From: Myxococcales bacterium
Lineage (GTDB): Bacteria > Myxococcota_A > Polyangia > Polyangiales > DASUME01
Assembly: GCA_047601445.1 (NCBI GenBank)
Contig: JASGJH010000001.1
Coordinates: forward strand, 2,336,001-2,400,000
Direction: 5' to 3'
DNA length: 64,000 nucleotides
This document shows, piece after piece, positions 43,762-53,936 of this stretch. Positions within the stretch are counted from its first letter, which is position 1. Each line of letters opens with the position of its first letter. The notes beneath the pieces are model-generated. The model searched no databases. It saw nothing but the letters and a program-made list of their open reading frames with translations, and was not told the origin of the DNA. Both the position numbers and the translations under genes were made by a program.

Positions 43762-44424
43762 ATGAATACCAATCTCGGCCTGATCGGCAAAAAGCTCGGA
43801 AATACTCAAATCTTTGACGCCGAAGGCATGGTTCACCGTGTGACCGCCATCGAGTGCGGCCCCTGTGTGGTCCTCGGCAAGCGCACCGCGGAGAAGGACG
43901 GCTACACCGCCGTCATCCTCGGCTTCGGCGAGAAGCGCGAGAAGAGCGTCACCAAGCCGGAAGCCGGCTTCTTCAAGAAGCTCGAGCAGAAGCCCACGCA
44001 GGAAATCCTCGAGTTCCGCATGAGCGCCGAGAACATGGAGAAGTACTCCATCGGTCAGGCACTCAAGCCCTCCGAGTTCTTCGCGGAAGGTCAGCTCGTG
44101 GACGTCTGCGGCACCAGCAAGGGTCGCGGCTTCACCGGCGTCATGCGCCGCCACAACTTCAAGGGTTCGCGCACGTCGACCCACGGTACCCACGAATACC
44201 AGCGTCACGGTGGTGCCATCGGTACCAACATGACCCCCGGTCGCGTGTTCCCCGGTCTGCGCATGCCTGGTCAGCACGGCAATTCCCGCAGCACGGTGCT
44301 CAACCTGCGCGTCGCCAAGGTGCTCGACGAGAGCAACATCGTGCTGGTCGAGGGCGGCGTTCCCGGCTCGCGCAACGGCATCGTGACCGTGCGCGGCGCA
44401 GTGAAGGCCAAGATCAAGGCCTGA
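43762..44424 (+). CDS. rplC: 50S ribosomal protein L3 (stand-alone)
   Basis: GLIGKKLGNTQIF, DGYTAV, GTSKGRGFTGVMRRHNF, THGTHEYQRHGGAIG..TPGRVFPG..MPGQHG, VEGGVPG. Confidence 0.97.
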   Translation: MNTNLGLIGKKLGNTQIFDAEGMVHRVTAIECGPCVVLGKRTAEKDGYTAVILGFGEKREKSVTKPEAGFFKKLEQKPTQEILEFRMSAENMEKYSIGQALKPSEFFAEGQLVDVCGTSKGRGFTGVMRRHNFKGSRTSTHGTHEYQRHGGAIGTNMTPGRVFPGLRMPGQHGNSRSTVLNLRVAKVLDESNIVLVEGGVPGSRNGIVTVRGAVKAKIKA

Positions 44425-44461
44425 GGCCACGGGCTTCGCGCGAGCGGAGCACGAGAGCGCG

Positions 44462-44488
44462 AGGCAGGCTGAGCAGCCTGCCTTTTTT
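44462..44488 (+). terminator. Rho-independent terminator after rplC
   Basis: AGGCAGGCT-GAGC-AGCCTGCCT followed by a T run. Confidence 0.85.
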
Positions 44489-44505
44489 CGTTTCGGGGAA
44501 GACAG

Positions 44506-45099
44506 ATGGCGAAGAGCGGCCGACCCCAGGACAGCTTCGGTGACAAGGCCAAGAAAGAGGGCTTTGCCGCGCGCTCTGTCTACAAGCTCGAGGAGATCGA
44601 TCGGCGCGCCCAGCTGTTCAAGCGCGGCATGCGCGTGCTGGACATGGGTGCCTTCCCGGGCTCCTGGACGCAGTACGCTGCGCTCAAGGTGGGGCGCGAG
44701 GGATACGTGCTCGCCGTGGACCAGCAAGAGTGGCGCGGCGGCTTCCCGCCTCAGGTGGAGACCCGGCGCTGCGACGTGCTCACGCTGACTCCGCTCGATC
44801 TGGGCGGCCCCGCCAGCTTCGACATCGTGATGAGCGACATGGCGCCTTGGACCACGGGCACGCGCTTCGTCGATCAATGTCGCAGCTTCGATCTCTTCAT
44901 CCACGCCCTGACGATCGCCGAGGGAACCCTGCGCGGCCAGGGCGTCTTCATCGGCAAGATCTTCCAGGGCCCCGACTTTCACGAGGCCAAGAAGCGCGTC
45001 GAGGCGTTGTTCAGCAAAACGCGCGTGATGAAGCCCGATGCCTCCCGCAAAGAGAGCTACGAGGTCTTCGTGGTCGCCACCGGCTTCAGGCCCGAGTAG
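44506..45099 (+). CDS. rlmE: RlmE/FtsJ-family 23S rRNA 2'-O-methyltransferase
   Basis: ARSVYKLEEID, DMGAFPGSW, SDMAP, KIFQG, KPDASRKESYE (K-D-K-E tetrad). Confidence 0.9.
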   Translation: MAKSGRPQDSFGDKAKKEGFAARSVYKLEEIDRRAQLFKRGMRVLDMGAFPGSWTQYAALKVGREGYVLAVDQQEWRGGFPPQVETRRCDVLTLTPLDLGGPASFDIVMSDMAPWTTGTRFVDQCRSFDLFIHALTIAEGTLRGQGVFIGKIFQGPDFHEAKKRVEALFSKTRVMKPDASRKESYEVFVVATGFRPE

Positions 45100-46267
45100 C
45101 CGGGCTCTCGGCGGCGCGACCGGCGGCCGCGAACGCCCGTTCATGCTCGAGCGCCCCCGCCGCCATCGCACGCTGCCGGGCGATCTGGGCGTGCTCCTCG
45201 AGCAGGGCCAGCTCACGCCGCAACCCGACCGGCCGCGACACGCCCACGAGATCCAACATGTCGCGCAGGCGCAAACGCCAATCGTGCAGCGTGAGGGCGT
45301 AGTAGCGGTTGCGAAGGCGGATGCGCGCGAGCTCCGCCTCGTCGTCGAGGAAGGCCCGCAGGAACTCCACGGCCATGCGGGGCGTGGGCGGCAACTGCAC
45401 GTGGGCATCGGGCCAGCACAGCAGGCGATCGGCCTCGCTGGTCGTGGGACGCGTGCCCACGGCGGCGCAACCGGCGGCGAAGGCCTCGTACCAGCGCAGG
45501 GTCACGACCGAGTGAGGGAACTTGCGCATCCCCGGGCTCAGCGTGTCGAAGCACAAGCTCGCCTTGGCCTGACGTAAGAGTCGCTGCAGGGAGGCGTAGT
45601 AGTGCAGGTCCAGGCGTTCCTCCACGGGCTGCGCGGGATGCAGCTCCGAGTGGCGTCCCTCGATGCGCACGAACAGGTGCCTCGATTCGGGACGCGCGAA
45701 GCTCTCGAGGAACGTGGACAGAAACGCGGTCGGCAAGCGCCCGTAGCTAACCAGATCCACTCTGCGTGGATCGTCGGCCATCGCTTGCCCGAGCGCGTCA
45801 GCTGCGAATGGAATCACCGAGGGCACGATCCCGAGGTGGTGCTGCCAGAGCGCGAGCTCCTCGGGCAAGGAGATGAACACGCGATTGAAATTCTGGAAGA
45901 AGCTCGGGTAGTCCCCCCAGGCATCGAAGACGTAGCCGGCGATCAGATCGAAGCGCTTGCGGTAGTCCCCGAGCGCCTCGAACACCTGCAAATCCCAGGC
46001 GGCCATCCCGATGGCGAGCGCGAGCTCGGGCCCCTCCTTCTTCGGCAAACGCTCCGGCTCGTATTTGCCGATGGAGCGCCGCACGAGCGCGCGTGCCACG
46101 TAGCCAGAAGAGCCGGGTACGTTCTCGAGGACCTTGGAGAGCTCGCGCGTCCGGGGCGCGATGATGGTGGCATCGCACGCATGGGCGATGAGGTTTTCGA
46201 GCTCGTAGATCGGGTCCTGAAAGACCGCGCTGAGCCCGCCGCGATTCGAGACGAGATAGATCTTCAT
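45086..46267 (-). CDS. Putative glycosyltransferase (GT-B, Glyco_trans_1_2/CgeB-like)
   Basis: RVDLVSYGR, VTLRWYEAFAAGCAAVGTRP, HDWRLRL. Confidence 0.7.
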   Translation of the reverse strand: MKIYLVSNRGGLSAVFQDPIYELENLIAHACDATIIAPRTRELSKVLENVPGSSGYVARALVRRSIGKYEPERLPKKEGPELALAIGMAAWDLQVFEALGDYRKRFDLIAGYVFDAWGDYPSFFQNFNRVFISLPEELALWQHHLGIVPSVIPFAADALGQAMADDPRRVDLVSYGRLPTAFLSTFLESFARPESRHLFVRIEGRHSELHPAQPVEERLDLHYYASLQRLLRQAKASLCFDTLSPGMRKFPHSVVTLRWYEAFAAGCAAVGTRPTTSEADRLLCWPDAHVQLPPTPRMAVEFLRAFLDDEAELARIRLRNRYYALTLHDWRLRLRDMLDLVGVSRPVGLRRELALLEEHAQIARQRAMAAGALEHERAFAAAGRAAESPATRA

Positions 46268-46560
46268 CGACACAGCTTCCTGCCTCGACTTACGCCGGCG
46301 TTGGCGGACCTTCTCCCACCTGAACGTCGCGCGACGTCAGATCGATTGTTCTGCGCTGCACAGAGCCGAGCAACGCGTGAATTCGCGCAATTTCTCGGAC
46401 GTCCGCGGACGGGAGTGCATGGGAGCACGCGCTTCTTGGACCGCTGCACAGCTGGACGCGGGCACTCGGTGCCGCCAGGCATGCCCCAGCGTGGGGTGAA
46501 TGCCGAACATCACGCGAGCACAGCGTGCTTCAATGCGTGCTTTCCGATGGGGGCCTTTAC

Positions 46561-46914
46561 ATGCGTGTTCACTCGCTGATTTTGTGCTGCGTGGCGTCGA
46601 TGGGATGGGGCCTGCTCGGAGGCTGCGGCGACGACGACAACGACAACGACGTGCCCAGCGCGGTGCGCGAAGTCTGCGCAACCCAGGCGGACAAGGGACA
46701 GGCGTGCGGCTACTTCGACTCCGGCAGCGGCGTCACCCGCGGGGACTACATCAAGCTCTGCGAAGCGACGGCCGCCGACGAATTCAAGTCGTGCACGCCC
46801 AAGGACAGCGCCGTGGACGCCTGTCGCAAGGCCTACGAGGCCCAGGACTGCGATCAGGTCGGCGCAGGTGAGATGCCCGATGAGTGCGTGTTCATGTGCC
46901 AGAAGGCGGATTGA
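46561..46914 (+). CDS. Small Cys-rich lipoprotein (117 aa)
   Basis: Lipobox LGGC, acidic linker, 8 further Cys; strong GC3 bias. Confidence 0.75.
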   Translation: MRVHSLILCCVASMGWGLLGGCGDDDNDNDVPSAVREVCATQADKGQACGYFDSGSGVTRGDYIKLCEATAADEFKSCTPKDSAVDACRKAYEAQDCDQVGAGEMPDECVFMCQKAD

Positions 46915-46923
46915 AGACGCGGC

Positions 46924-47247
46924 TCACGGCCCGCTGAGCGCGCGCACGGGCGTGGGACGTATGGGACCCATGCCCAGCAGTGCTTCCAAACGCCGATCGA
47001 GCGCCACCGACACCGGCTCGCCCGAGTCCTCGCGAAACCAGCTCACGCTCCGGTTCGGGACGAGCTTGCGCACGTAGTACTCGTCGAAGACGTCGACCAC
47101 GCGTGCGCGCGGCGCGCTCGCCGGCGATCCCGCCAGCAAGCTGATTTCCAGGCCCCCCAACCTTTGCCAGGCGCGGCGCAGCCACGTCCCGAAGCGAACT
47201 GCGAGCACGCCGCACAGAAGTCCGCTCACGAAGCCGATGAAGCCCAT
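46924..47247 (-). CDS. Hypothetical small membrane protein
   Basis: MGFIGFVSGLLCGVLAVRFG hydrophobic N-terminus; SD GAGG. Confidence 0.5.
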   Translation of the reverse strand: MGFIGFVSGLLCGVLAVRFGTWLRRAWQRLGGLEISLLAGSPASAPRARVVDVFDEYYVRKLVPNRSVSWFREDSGEPVSVALDRRLEALLGMGPIRPTPVRALSGP

Positions 47248-47360
47248 GGCAAGCACCTCGTGTGAGTCCTCTGATCCCTTGCCATGGAGCTCGCGTACCC
47301 ACCACTGCTGAGCTGTCGAGCACGGGCGGAGGAGAAGGCGTGCGCTTGCGTGCGGAGCGC

Positions 47361-50150
47361 TCAGGGCGTGGGCGCGAAGGGCAAACAAGCGCTCGACAGG
47401 TACTGGAAGTCTTGGGTCCCGAGCGCGCCACTCGGCGTGGCCGTGGGCTCGTCGCCGTTGAAGTCGACCACTTGGGCGCCGAGACCGCCGGTGCCGATCA
47501 CCAACCACTTGCCGGGAGTCAGCAGCGGGTACACGCCGCGTGGCGCGCCAGTCGCGAAGTCGATCTGCACCTTGCCCGCGTCCGAGAACTGCGTGAGCCG
47601 CTTGGCGCCCGCCTCGACCACACCGAGCACGCTGCCCATGGGTGTCGCGGCGAAGGACAGCTGCTCGGGCTGCGAGAGTCCCAACGGAAGCTCGGACGGC
47701 TTGGCAGGGTCGTCGGGCTGAATCGCGAGCAAGGTTTGCTGCCCGTCGTCCGCCGCCTGGTTCGAGACGACCACTAGTCCCGTGTGCTCCTCCACCGCCA
47801 GCCCGAACCCGCGCGTACTCGTATCGGCGGTGTAGAGGCCGAGATCGTCGCCGATCTGCACCACTGGGCCCAAGCCGTTCGCGACCAGCACGCTGCCGTC
47901 CGGGAACAGGCCGAGGCCGTTGGCGAGGAAGGGGAAGTTCTGATCGGCCAGCTCGGCGCTGGTCACCATGGCCACTGGCTCATCGAGTCCGTCGGCCGTG
48001 GAGGGGTAGAGATAGAGACCTTCCTCACCGGTCTTTTGCTGACTAGCGAGCAGACATCCCTCCAACTGGACCACCTGCTTGAAGCTCGAGCCCGCTTCGC
48101 TGAGCACGCTCCCGAGACGCTCACCGCTGCTCGGGTCGAAGGCTTCGATGCCATTCTTCGTGGCGGCCAAGAGCACGTGGTGGGGCCCCATGGAGCAACC
48201 CGAGGAGAGTTTCACCACCTGGGATGGGCACGGTTCGATCGCCGATCCGGGCAGTGTGACCGCATAGCCAGCGAGCACGGGCAGCACCCGCTCACCTGGC
48301 CACAGCGTGCGTTCCTCGTCCCAGCGCACGTTGAAGAACTCGAGCGTGACCTCTGCGACCGGCCCGAGGAATGCTGCGGCCTTGGCCGCGGCTGCTTGGG
48401 CGTCGTCGAAGCCCGCGGCGAACTCGGCGCTGGAGAAGATCTGGGCTTGCCGGCGTTTCTCGACCAGGGGCAGCAGCGCGGGACGCAGCCACCGCTCGAA
48501 CACCAGATGACGCCCACCCGACTGATCGACCGAGAGTCCGCGCACCACGACCAAATCGGCCGCGCCGTCTGCGAAGGAGAAGGTGGTCTCGGCGCCGTTG
48601 GGCACGCCAAACGCCAGCTCGAGCTCCGTGAAGTTGGGCGCCACCACCTCGCGCTGCAGGTCGCCCGCAAAGCTGGCAGTGAGCAGACCGGTGGGGGTGC
48701 TGCCGAGGTCGTAGAACCCTTGATCCTGACTGACGGGCGCACTGGCTTCGTAGTGATCGGTATCGAAGCTCAATGAGATCGCGTTGGCTGACAGCCCCGA
48801 ACTCGCCAGCTCGACTTCGCTGAAGGGACCTTGCGATGCCAGAGGACCGTCGTCCTCTCGGTAGGTCCCCGACCCCACCGGCGTGAACTCTGCGAGCGCA
48901 GCATCCGTCGACACGAAAGCTTCGGCGCGCATGCCATCGGCGCTCACCGCGAAGTCCAATATGCCAAGCGGTCCGCGGCCGTTGCTGCCACCCTCCAGCG
49001 TGTCGACGGCCGAAACGCGATCGAGAGAGAGCGCGCAGCCCACCAGCCGCGTGGCATCGACGAGGAGCTCGGTGGTGTCGCCGTTCTTGAAGAGCAGATT
49101 GACGGTCGCCTGTGCGCTGCCCGGAAAGTCACAGAAAAACCGCGACGGCAGGTGGGTCGCCGCGGCCTGGGCCGTGGTCAGATCGAACACGCGACCTTCG
49201 CTGAGCACGCTGTCCGCGTAGTCGCTGTCGAGCTCGGCCCCCGTGCGCATCACCGAGCGCGTTTCACATTCGTCGGCAACCTCGACGGGCAGCGCATCAC
49301 CGACTGGCTGGATCGGCTCGAGGTTGCAGCCCTGCGAGACGAGCGCCAGGGTGCGCTGCGTGCTGGGCTGCCCGTTCACCGTGATCTTGCTCCCGAAGTC
49401 GAAGACCTCGCCCGTGTAGTAGCGGTCCTGGGCGGGAAACTCGAAGCTCACTTCGTAGCGCGGCTCGGCGCCGTCGAGGTGGCGCAGATAGAGGTAGGCC
49501 CCGGCGGCGTCGAGCTGGCTGAGCGCCAGCCACTGGCCTACCTGCGGAGAAAACTCGAACCGCGCCCCGAGCGCATTGGCGGGCAGCTCACCCGGGACGA
49601 ACACGCGGATTAGCGCGGGCGCGACCACGGCGCCGTCAGCCCCCTGCGGTGTGAAGGCGGCGTCGGGCGCGGCCGCGAACAAGCCACTACCCAGCGGCGC
49701 ACCGAGCGACTCGAGGAAGTACACCTTGCCCCGATGGTGGTCGGCGGCGACCTCCGCAGGGACCTGATCGGCAGGCACCTGACACAAACGAAGCGCGGCG
49801 CCCGCGCTCGGGTTCGGGAACATCACCCCGGCAAAGCCGTCGTCGCTCGGGATGGTCTGGCCCGGCTGCACATTCACATCGGGCGTTTCGCAGTGGAAGG
49901 CCACTGGGCCCGCCGCGTCGCCTGCGTCACTCTGGCCTCCAGCGTCCTGGCCGGCGTCGCCGTCGCCTCCCTGCAGATCGCCGTCTCCGTCTCCGTCGCC
50001 GTCGCCCCAGCCCCCATCGGCGTGGGTCATGGGGTGGCCGTCGTCGCCCGCGTCGTCATCGACGCCCCCGGAATGATGATGATCGTCGTTACAGGCGGAG
50101 ATCGGGACGAGCAACCACAGGCCCAGGAGGGCGCGACGCAAGATAAGCAT
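47361..50150 (-). CDS. Large hypothetical lipoprotein (929 aa), possible C-terminal beta-propeller
   Basis: Lipobox ISAC, GD/DAG linker, beta-rich C-terminus (GLGLFPDGSVLVAN, FGLAVE, PEQLSF, PRGVY); SD AGGAG. Confidence 0.75.
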   Translation of the reverse strand: MLILRRALLGLWLLVPISACNDDHHHSGGVDDDAGDDGHPMTHADGGWGDGDGDGDGDLQGGDGDAGQDAGGQSDAGDAAGPVAFHCETPDVNVQPGQTIPSDDGFAGVMFPNPSAGAALRLCQVPADQVPAEVAADHHRGKVYFLESLGAPLGSGLFAAAPDAAFTPQGADGAVVAPALIRVFVPGELPANALGARFEFSPQVGQWLALSQLDAAGAYLYLRHLDGAEPRYEVSFEFPAQDRYYTGEVFDFGSKITVNGQPSTQRTLALVSQGCNLEPIQPVGDALPVEVADECETRSVMRTGAELDSDYADSVLSEGRVFDLTTAQAAATHLPSRFFCDFPGSAQATVNLLFKNGDTTELLVDATRLVGCALSLDRVSAVDTLEGGSNGRGPLGILDFAVSADGMRAEAFVSTDAALAEFTPVGSGTYREDDGPLASQGPFSEVELASSGLSANAISLSFDTDHYEASAPVSQDQGFYDLGSTPTGLLTASFAGDLQREVVAPNFTELELAFGVPNGAETTFSFADGAADLVVVRGLSVDQSGGRHLVFERWLRPALLPLVEKRRQAQIFSSAEFAAGFDDAQAAAAKAAAFLGPVAEVTLEFFNVRWDEERTLWPGERVLPVLAGYAVTLPGSAIEPCPSQVVKLSSGCSMGPHHVLLAATKNGIEAFDPSSGERLGSVLSEAGSSFKQVVQLEGCLLASQQKTGEEGLYLYPSTADGLDEPVAMVTSAELADQNFPFLANGLGLFPDGSVLVANGLGPVVQIGDDLGLYTADTSTRGFGLAVEEHTGLVVVSNQAADDGQQTLLAIQPDDPAKPSELPLGLSQPEQLSFAATPMGSVLGVVEAGAKRLTQFSDAGKVQIDFATGAPRGVYPLLTPGKWLVIGTGGLGAQVVDFNGDEPTATPSGALGTQDFQYLSSACLPFAPTP

Positions 50151-50165
50151 GGAGAGACTCCTGTC

Positions 50166-51215
50166 TCACTTCTTCTTCTGCGATTGCTTGATGTGCTCGA
50201 GCTTCTCTTTGGCCCGGGCAGCGAGCTCACCCTTGGGCTCCAAGGCAATGCAGCGCTGATAGTGTTCGGTGGCGCCACGCAGGTCGCCGTCGGCGGCCAA
50301 CATGGATCCAAGCAAGTAGTGCGCGGAAACGGCCTTCTCGTCGAGTGACAAGGCTTGCTGCAGCGATGACTTAGCGGCTGCGCCATCACCCGCAGCGTTC
50401 TGAGCGAGTGCCAACTCCGAGAGCAGCGCGGCCGTGGGCTTACCATCGTCGGCGGCAATCGCCCCCTGCAGCGCGCGTACGGCCTCGTCGGGCTTTCCGG
50501 CTCGACGCATTCCGTTGCCGATGGCCAGGAGCGCCGCGCGATCCCCCGTGGCCGCCTGCAAGCCGGCCCGCAGCGAGCGGACCGCACCCTCCTGGTCACC
50601 GCGGGCGAGCAGGAAGAGCCCGTAGTTCGCCTGCAACATGGCGTCCTTGGGGGCGAGGCCGATGGCTTTGCGATAGGCCTTGTCGGCCTCCTCGGCGTTG
50701 CCCGCGTCCTCGTAGGCCAGCGCCAGATTGGCCGGGGCCGAGGCCAACTTGGGATCGAGCTCCTGAGCTCGCTGGAATTCGGTGATGGCGTCCGCGTCCT
50801 TGCCCTGGTCGCGCAGCACCAAGCCGAGATTGTTGTGGGCTTCTGCCAGGTTGGCATCGCTCTCGATGGCCTGGCGATAGGCCTTCTCGGCAGCAGGGAT
50901 ATTGCCGAGCGCTTCGAAGCTCAGGCCCAGACCGAGCGCGGCGCGCGCATCCCCCGGGTTCTCCGCCAGGGCTGCCTCGAACTTGCTGCGAGCCCCCTCG
51001 GCATCACCCTTGGCCAGCAGGGCCTCGGCGGCCTTCACGGTGCTCGAGGCGGCGGGTGGGGCCCGGCGGGGCGAGGCGGCTGCACCAGCCGAGTCCTCTA
51101 CCAGGAGGTCATCCGGCGAGGCGGCGGGCGGGGACGAACCGGCGCTCTTACACGCGGCGGTCGATAGCAAGAGGACGATGGCGGAAAGGAGGGTCGGGCT
51201 AGTTCTCGCGCTCAC
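50166..51215 (-). CDS. TPR-repeat lipoprotein
   Basis: Lipobox TAAC; tandem TPRs (AEAHNNLGLVL, APANLALAY, AHYLLGSML); start overlaps glnD stop. Confidence 0.85.
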   Translation of the reverse strand: MSARTSPTLLSAIVLLLSTAACKSAGSSPPAASPDDLLVEDSAGAAASPRRAPPAASSTVKAAEALLAKGDAEGARSKFEAALAENPGDARAALGLGLSFEALGNIPAAEKAYRQAIESDANLAEAHNNLGLVLRDQGKDADAITEFQRAQELDPKLASAPANLALAYEDAGNAEEADKAYRKAIGLAPKDAMLQANYGLFLLARGDQEGAVRSLRAGLQAATGDRAALLAIGNGMRRAGKPDEAVRALQGAIAADDGKPTAALLSELALAQNAAGDGAAAKSSLQQALSLDEKAVSAHYLLGSMLAADGDLRGATEHYQRCIALEPKGELAARAKEKLEHIKQSQKKK

Positions 51216-53889
51216 GACTGACTTCAATCGCATCCACGAGCTTTTGCCGCAAGGCTTCACATTGGTCCGGCTCGAGCTTTCGCCCGCCGGCACGCTCCAC
51301 GTAGAACACGTCGGCGGCCTTGAGCCCCTCGGTGTTGACCTTGGAGAGCGCGATCGAGAGCCCCTCGAGGTGAAGGGTATGGGAGATCGCGTACAGCAGA
51401 CCCACGTGGTCTCGGGCGTAGACGTCGACCACCGTGTAGCGCGGGGAAACGCTGTTATCGATCACGACCCTGGTGCGTACGTCCGGGCCCTTGCGCTTGG
51501 CCCAGCTCGGCACGCGCGTGCGCTTCTTGAGCAAGTCCTGGGCGCTCACCCGGCCCGTCAGCACGGAGTCGATGTCCTGGGCGACCTTGGCGAGCTCTTC
51601 CTCGCTCAGAGGCTCGCCCGTGTGCGTCGAGGGACGCACGTGGATCAAGTCCACGGCCTCGGCGCCACGGCCGCGGCGCTCGCGCGAGTAGATCTGGGCG
51701 GCGGTGATCTCCACGCGGTTGGCCGACAGGGCGGCCGTGATGTTGGAGAGCAAGCCGGGCACGTCGTCGGTCAGCACCAACATCTCGGTAACGTCGTTGG
51801 TGGGTCCAGGGAAGGCTGCCACGTGGACGGCCTGCTGCTGACGGCCGCGGGCGGCGCGCGCATGGGCCCGGATGACGTCCACCGGGTGAGCCAGCAGATA
51901 GCGCTCGGGCATCTCGTCGACGAACGCCTCGAGCAGCTCCTGACCCGCGTCTCCCACGAAGCCGATGCGCGCGCTGCGTCGGATCTCCTCGGCGCGCTGC
52001 ATCAGGTTGGGGGCGCGGCCCTCCAGCACGCGCAGGACCGCTACGTAGAGGTCCTCGAGCATGCGCGCCTTCCACTCGGTCATCGCCTGCGGGTTGGTAG
52101 TGGACACGTCCGCCACCGTGAGCAGGTAGAGATCGCGCAGGCGATCGATGGAGCCCACCTTGCGCGCCACTTCTTCGATGGTGGTGGGATCCGAGGTGTC
52201 GCGGCGGGTGGCCCAGTGATAGAGGCTCAGGTGCTCCTGCACGAGCCAAACCACGTGATCCACGTCGAGCGGCGCGAGCCCGAGGCGCTCCGCGATGCCG
52301 CGAGCCATGATGGCGCCCTGGCGCGCGTGGTCCTTGCCGTAGGCCTTGCCGATGTCGTGCAAGAGCAGCCCGAGATAGAGCGGCAGCGGACGCGGGGTCT
52401 CGGCCGCCAGCTGGCTGGCGAGGGGCTGCTCGAGCGCGAGGTCGCCGCGCATCAGCGCGCGCAGGCGATCGATGGCTGCGATGGAGTGAACGTCCACCGT
52501 GTACACATGGTAGACGTCGTGCTGAACGCGACCGGTGACCGGCTCGAACTCCGGGATCATCGCCAGGAGCAGGCCGAGTTCGTGGAGCTCACCGAGGATG
52601 GAGTTCCGACGCAGCGGCACTTCGCCAGCGTGGCAGAGCAGCTTGCAGAACAGGGTGGACGCCTGACGCGAGCGGCGCAGGGCCTGGCACCAGCTCGGAT
52701 CGGCCGCCCAGTGCGAGATGTCATCGCGCGCGCCCTCGTGGGTCGGGCGCAGGTGACGCGTGACCTCGGCGTAGAGCTCGAGCGCCAGCTCGGGACGCGC
52801 GTCGAGCACCCACGATCGCTGAAATCCCAGCTCGTTCTCCGTGGCGACGATGCCCTTCGGTAGGTCCGTGAGCGGCTCGAGCTTGACCGGTCGATAGGGT
52901 CGCGCGCGCTTGAGCAGACGCTCCGCCACGCTCGCCACGTTGCGCGCGTGGCGATAGTAGGTCTGCATGAACTGTTCGACGCCCAGGGTGGCGCCGTCCT
53001 GGAAGCCGAGGCGCGTGGCGATCTCTTCCTGGTCCTCGAAGGTCAAGCGGTCCTGAATTCGCTTGGCCCGCAGGTGAAGCAGGTTGCGCACGCGCCAGAG
53101 CATGTCTTGCGCGGCCTTGAGATCGGAGAGCTCCTTCTCCTGCAGGGCCCCCACGCGCACCAGGGAGTGCCAGTTGGGCACCGGCCAGCGCGCCCGTGCG
53201 GCCCACAGCCCCACGTCGATGTCGCGCAGGCCTCCGCGGCCCAGCTTGGCCTCGGGTTCGAGCAGGTAGAGGGAACCGCCGAAGCGCTCGTGGCGCTCCA
53301 GGGTGTCCTTCTCCATGGCATCCAGGAACGAGTCGAGATCGGCGCCGAACAGCTCCTGGCGTCCGCGCTCGACGAGCTCGCGCACGATGCTCTCATTGCC
53401 GCCGATGCGGCGCAGATCGAGCAGGGTGGTGGCGGTGCTGATGTCCGTGCGCGCCAGGGCCAACGTCTCGTTCAAGCCGCGCACCGCGTGGCCGACCTTG
53501 AGCCCGATGTCCCATAGCGGATAGAGGAACGCTTCGGCGAGCCCCACCAGGTGCGGATCCTCCGGATCGTCGCACAGGAAGATCACGTCGACGTCGCTCT
53601 TGAGACTCAGGGTACCGCGCCCGTAGCTGCCGACCGCCACCAGGGCCAAGCGTCCCTTGGGGCCGTGCCCCTGAGCACGCGAAGCGGCGTCGGAGGCGCA
53701 GAACAGGGAGTTCAGGAGTCCGTCGAGCACCTGCGCGCGTCGCTGGGCGACCACGAGCCCGCCGTCGCCGCGACGAACGGCGGCTTCGAGCTCATCGACA
53801 TAGACTCGGAGATAATCCCGACAGCTCGGTCCGAGCTCAGGGGCGATCACACCGAGGTCGAAAGCGGCCTCAAGAGCGGGTGCGCTCAT
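51199..53889 (-). CDS. glnD: [Protein-PII] uridylyltransferase/uridylyl-removing enzyme
   Basis: AVGSYGRG..SDVDV, LEPEAK.GRGGLRD, QHDVYHVYTVD.H, LLHDIGK, two ACT domains. Confidence 0.93.
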   Translation of the reverse strand: MSAPALEAAFDLGVIAPELGPSCRDYLRVYVDELEAAVRRGDGGLVVAQRRAQVLDGLLNSLFCASDAASRAQGHGPKGRLALVAVGSYGRGTLSLKSDVDVIFLCDDPEDPHLVGLAEAFLYPLWDIGLKVGHAVRGLNETLALARTDISTATTLLDLRRIGGNESIVRELVERGRQELFGADLDSFLDAMEKDTLERHERFGGSLYLLEPEAKLGRGGLRDIDVGLWAARARWPVPNWHSLVRVGALQEKELSDLKAAQDMLWRVRNLLHLRAKRIQDRLTFEDQEEIATRLGFQDGATLGVEQFMQTYYRHARNVASVAERLLKRARPYRPVKLEPLTDLPKGIVATENELGFQRSWVLDARPELALELYAEVTRHLRPTHEGARDDISHWAADPSWCQALRRSRQASTLFCKLLCHAGEVPLRRNSILGELHELGLLLAMIPEFEPVTGRVQHDVYHVYTVDVHSIAAIDRLRALMRGDLALEQPLASQLAAETPRPLPLYLGLLLHDIGKAYGKDHARQGAIMARGIAERLGLAPLDVDHVVWLVQEHLSLYHWATRRDTSDPTTIEEVARKVGSIDRLRDLYLLTVADVSTTNPQAMTEWKARMLEDLYVAVLRVLEGRAPNLMQRAEEIRRSARIGFVGDAGQELLEAFVDEMPERYLLAHPVDVIRAHARAARGRQQQAVHVAAFPGPTNDVTEMLVLTDDVPGLLSNITAALSANRVEITAAQIYSRERRGRGAEAVDLIHVRPSTHTGEPLSEEELAKVAQDIDSVLTGRVSAQDLLKKRTRVPSWAKRKGPDVRTRVVIDNSVSPRYTVVDVYARDHVGLLYAISHTLHLEGLSIALSKVNTEGLKAADVFYVERAGGRKLEPDQCEALRQKLVDAIEVSREREN

Positions 53890-53896
53890 CCGTTTC

Positions 53897-53925
53897 AGTA
53901 TGGGTGGTCGGAATGTTTCGAGCAA
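53897..53925 (-). promoter_or_regulatory. Putative leaderless sigma-70 promoter of glnD
   Basis: TTGCTC-17-CATACT-7 nt-ATG(53889); no SD. Confidence 0.5.
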
Positions 53926-53936
53926 CTTGCGGGAGC

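Noticed and set aside
46629..46650. GAC/AAC tandem repeats, and GGCGAC-type repeats at ~49975-50010
   Set aside because: They encode Asp/Gly-Asp linkers in lipoproteins; not CRISPR or a mobile repeat.
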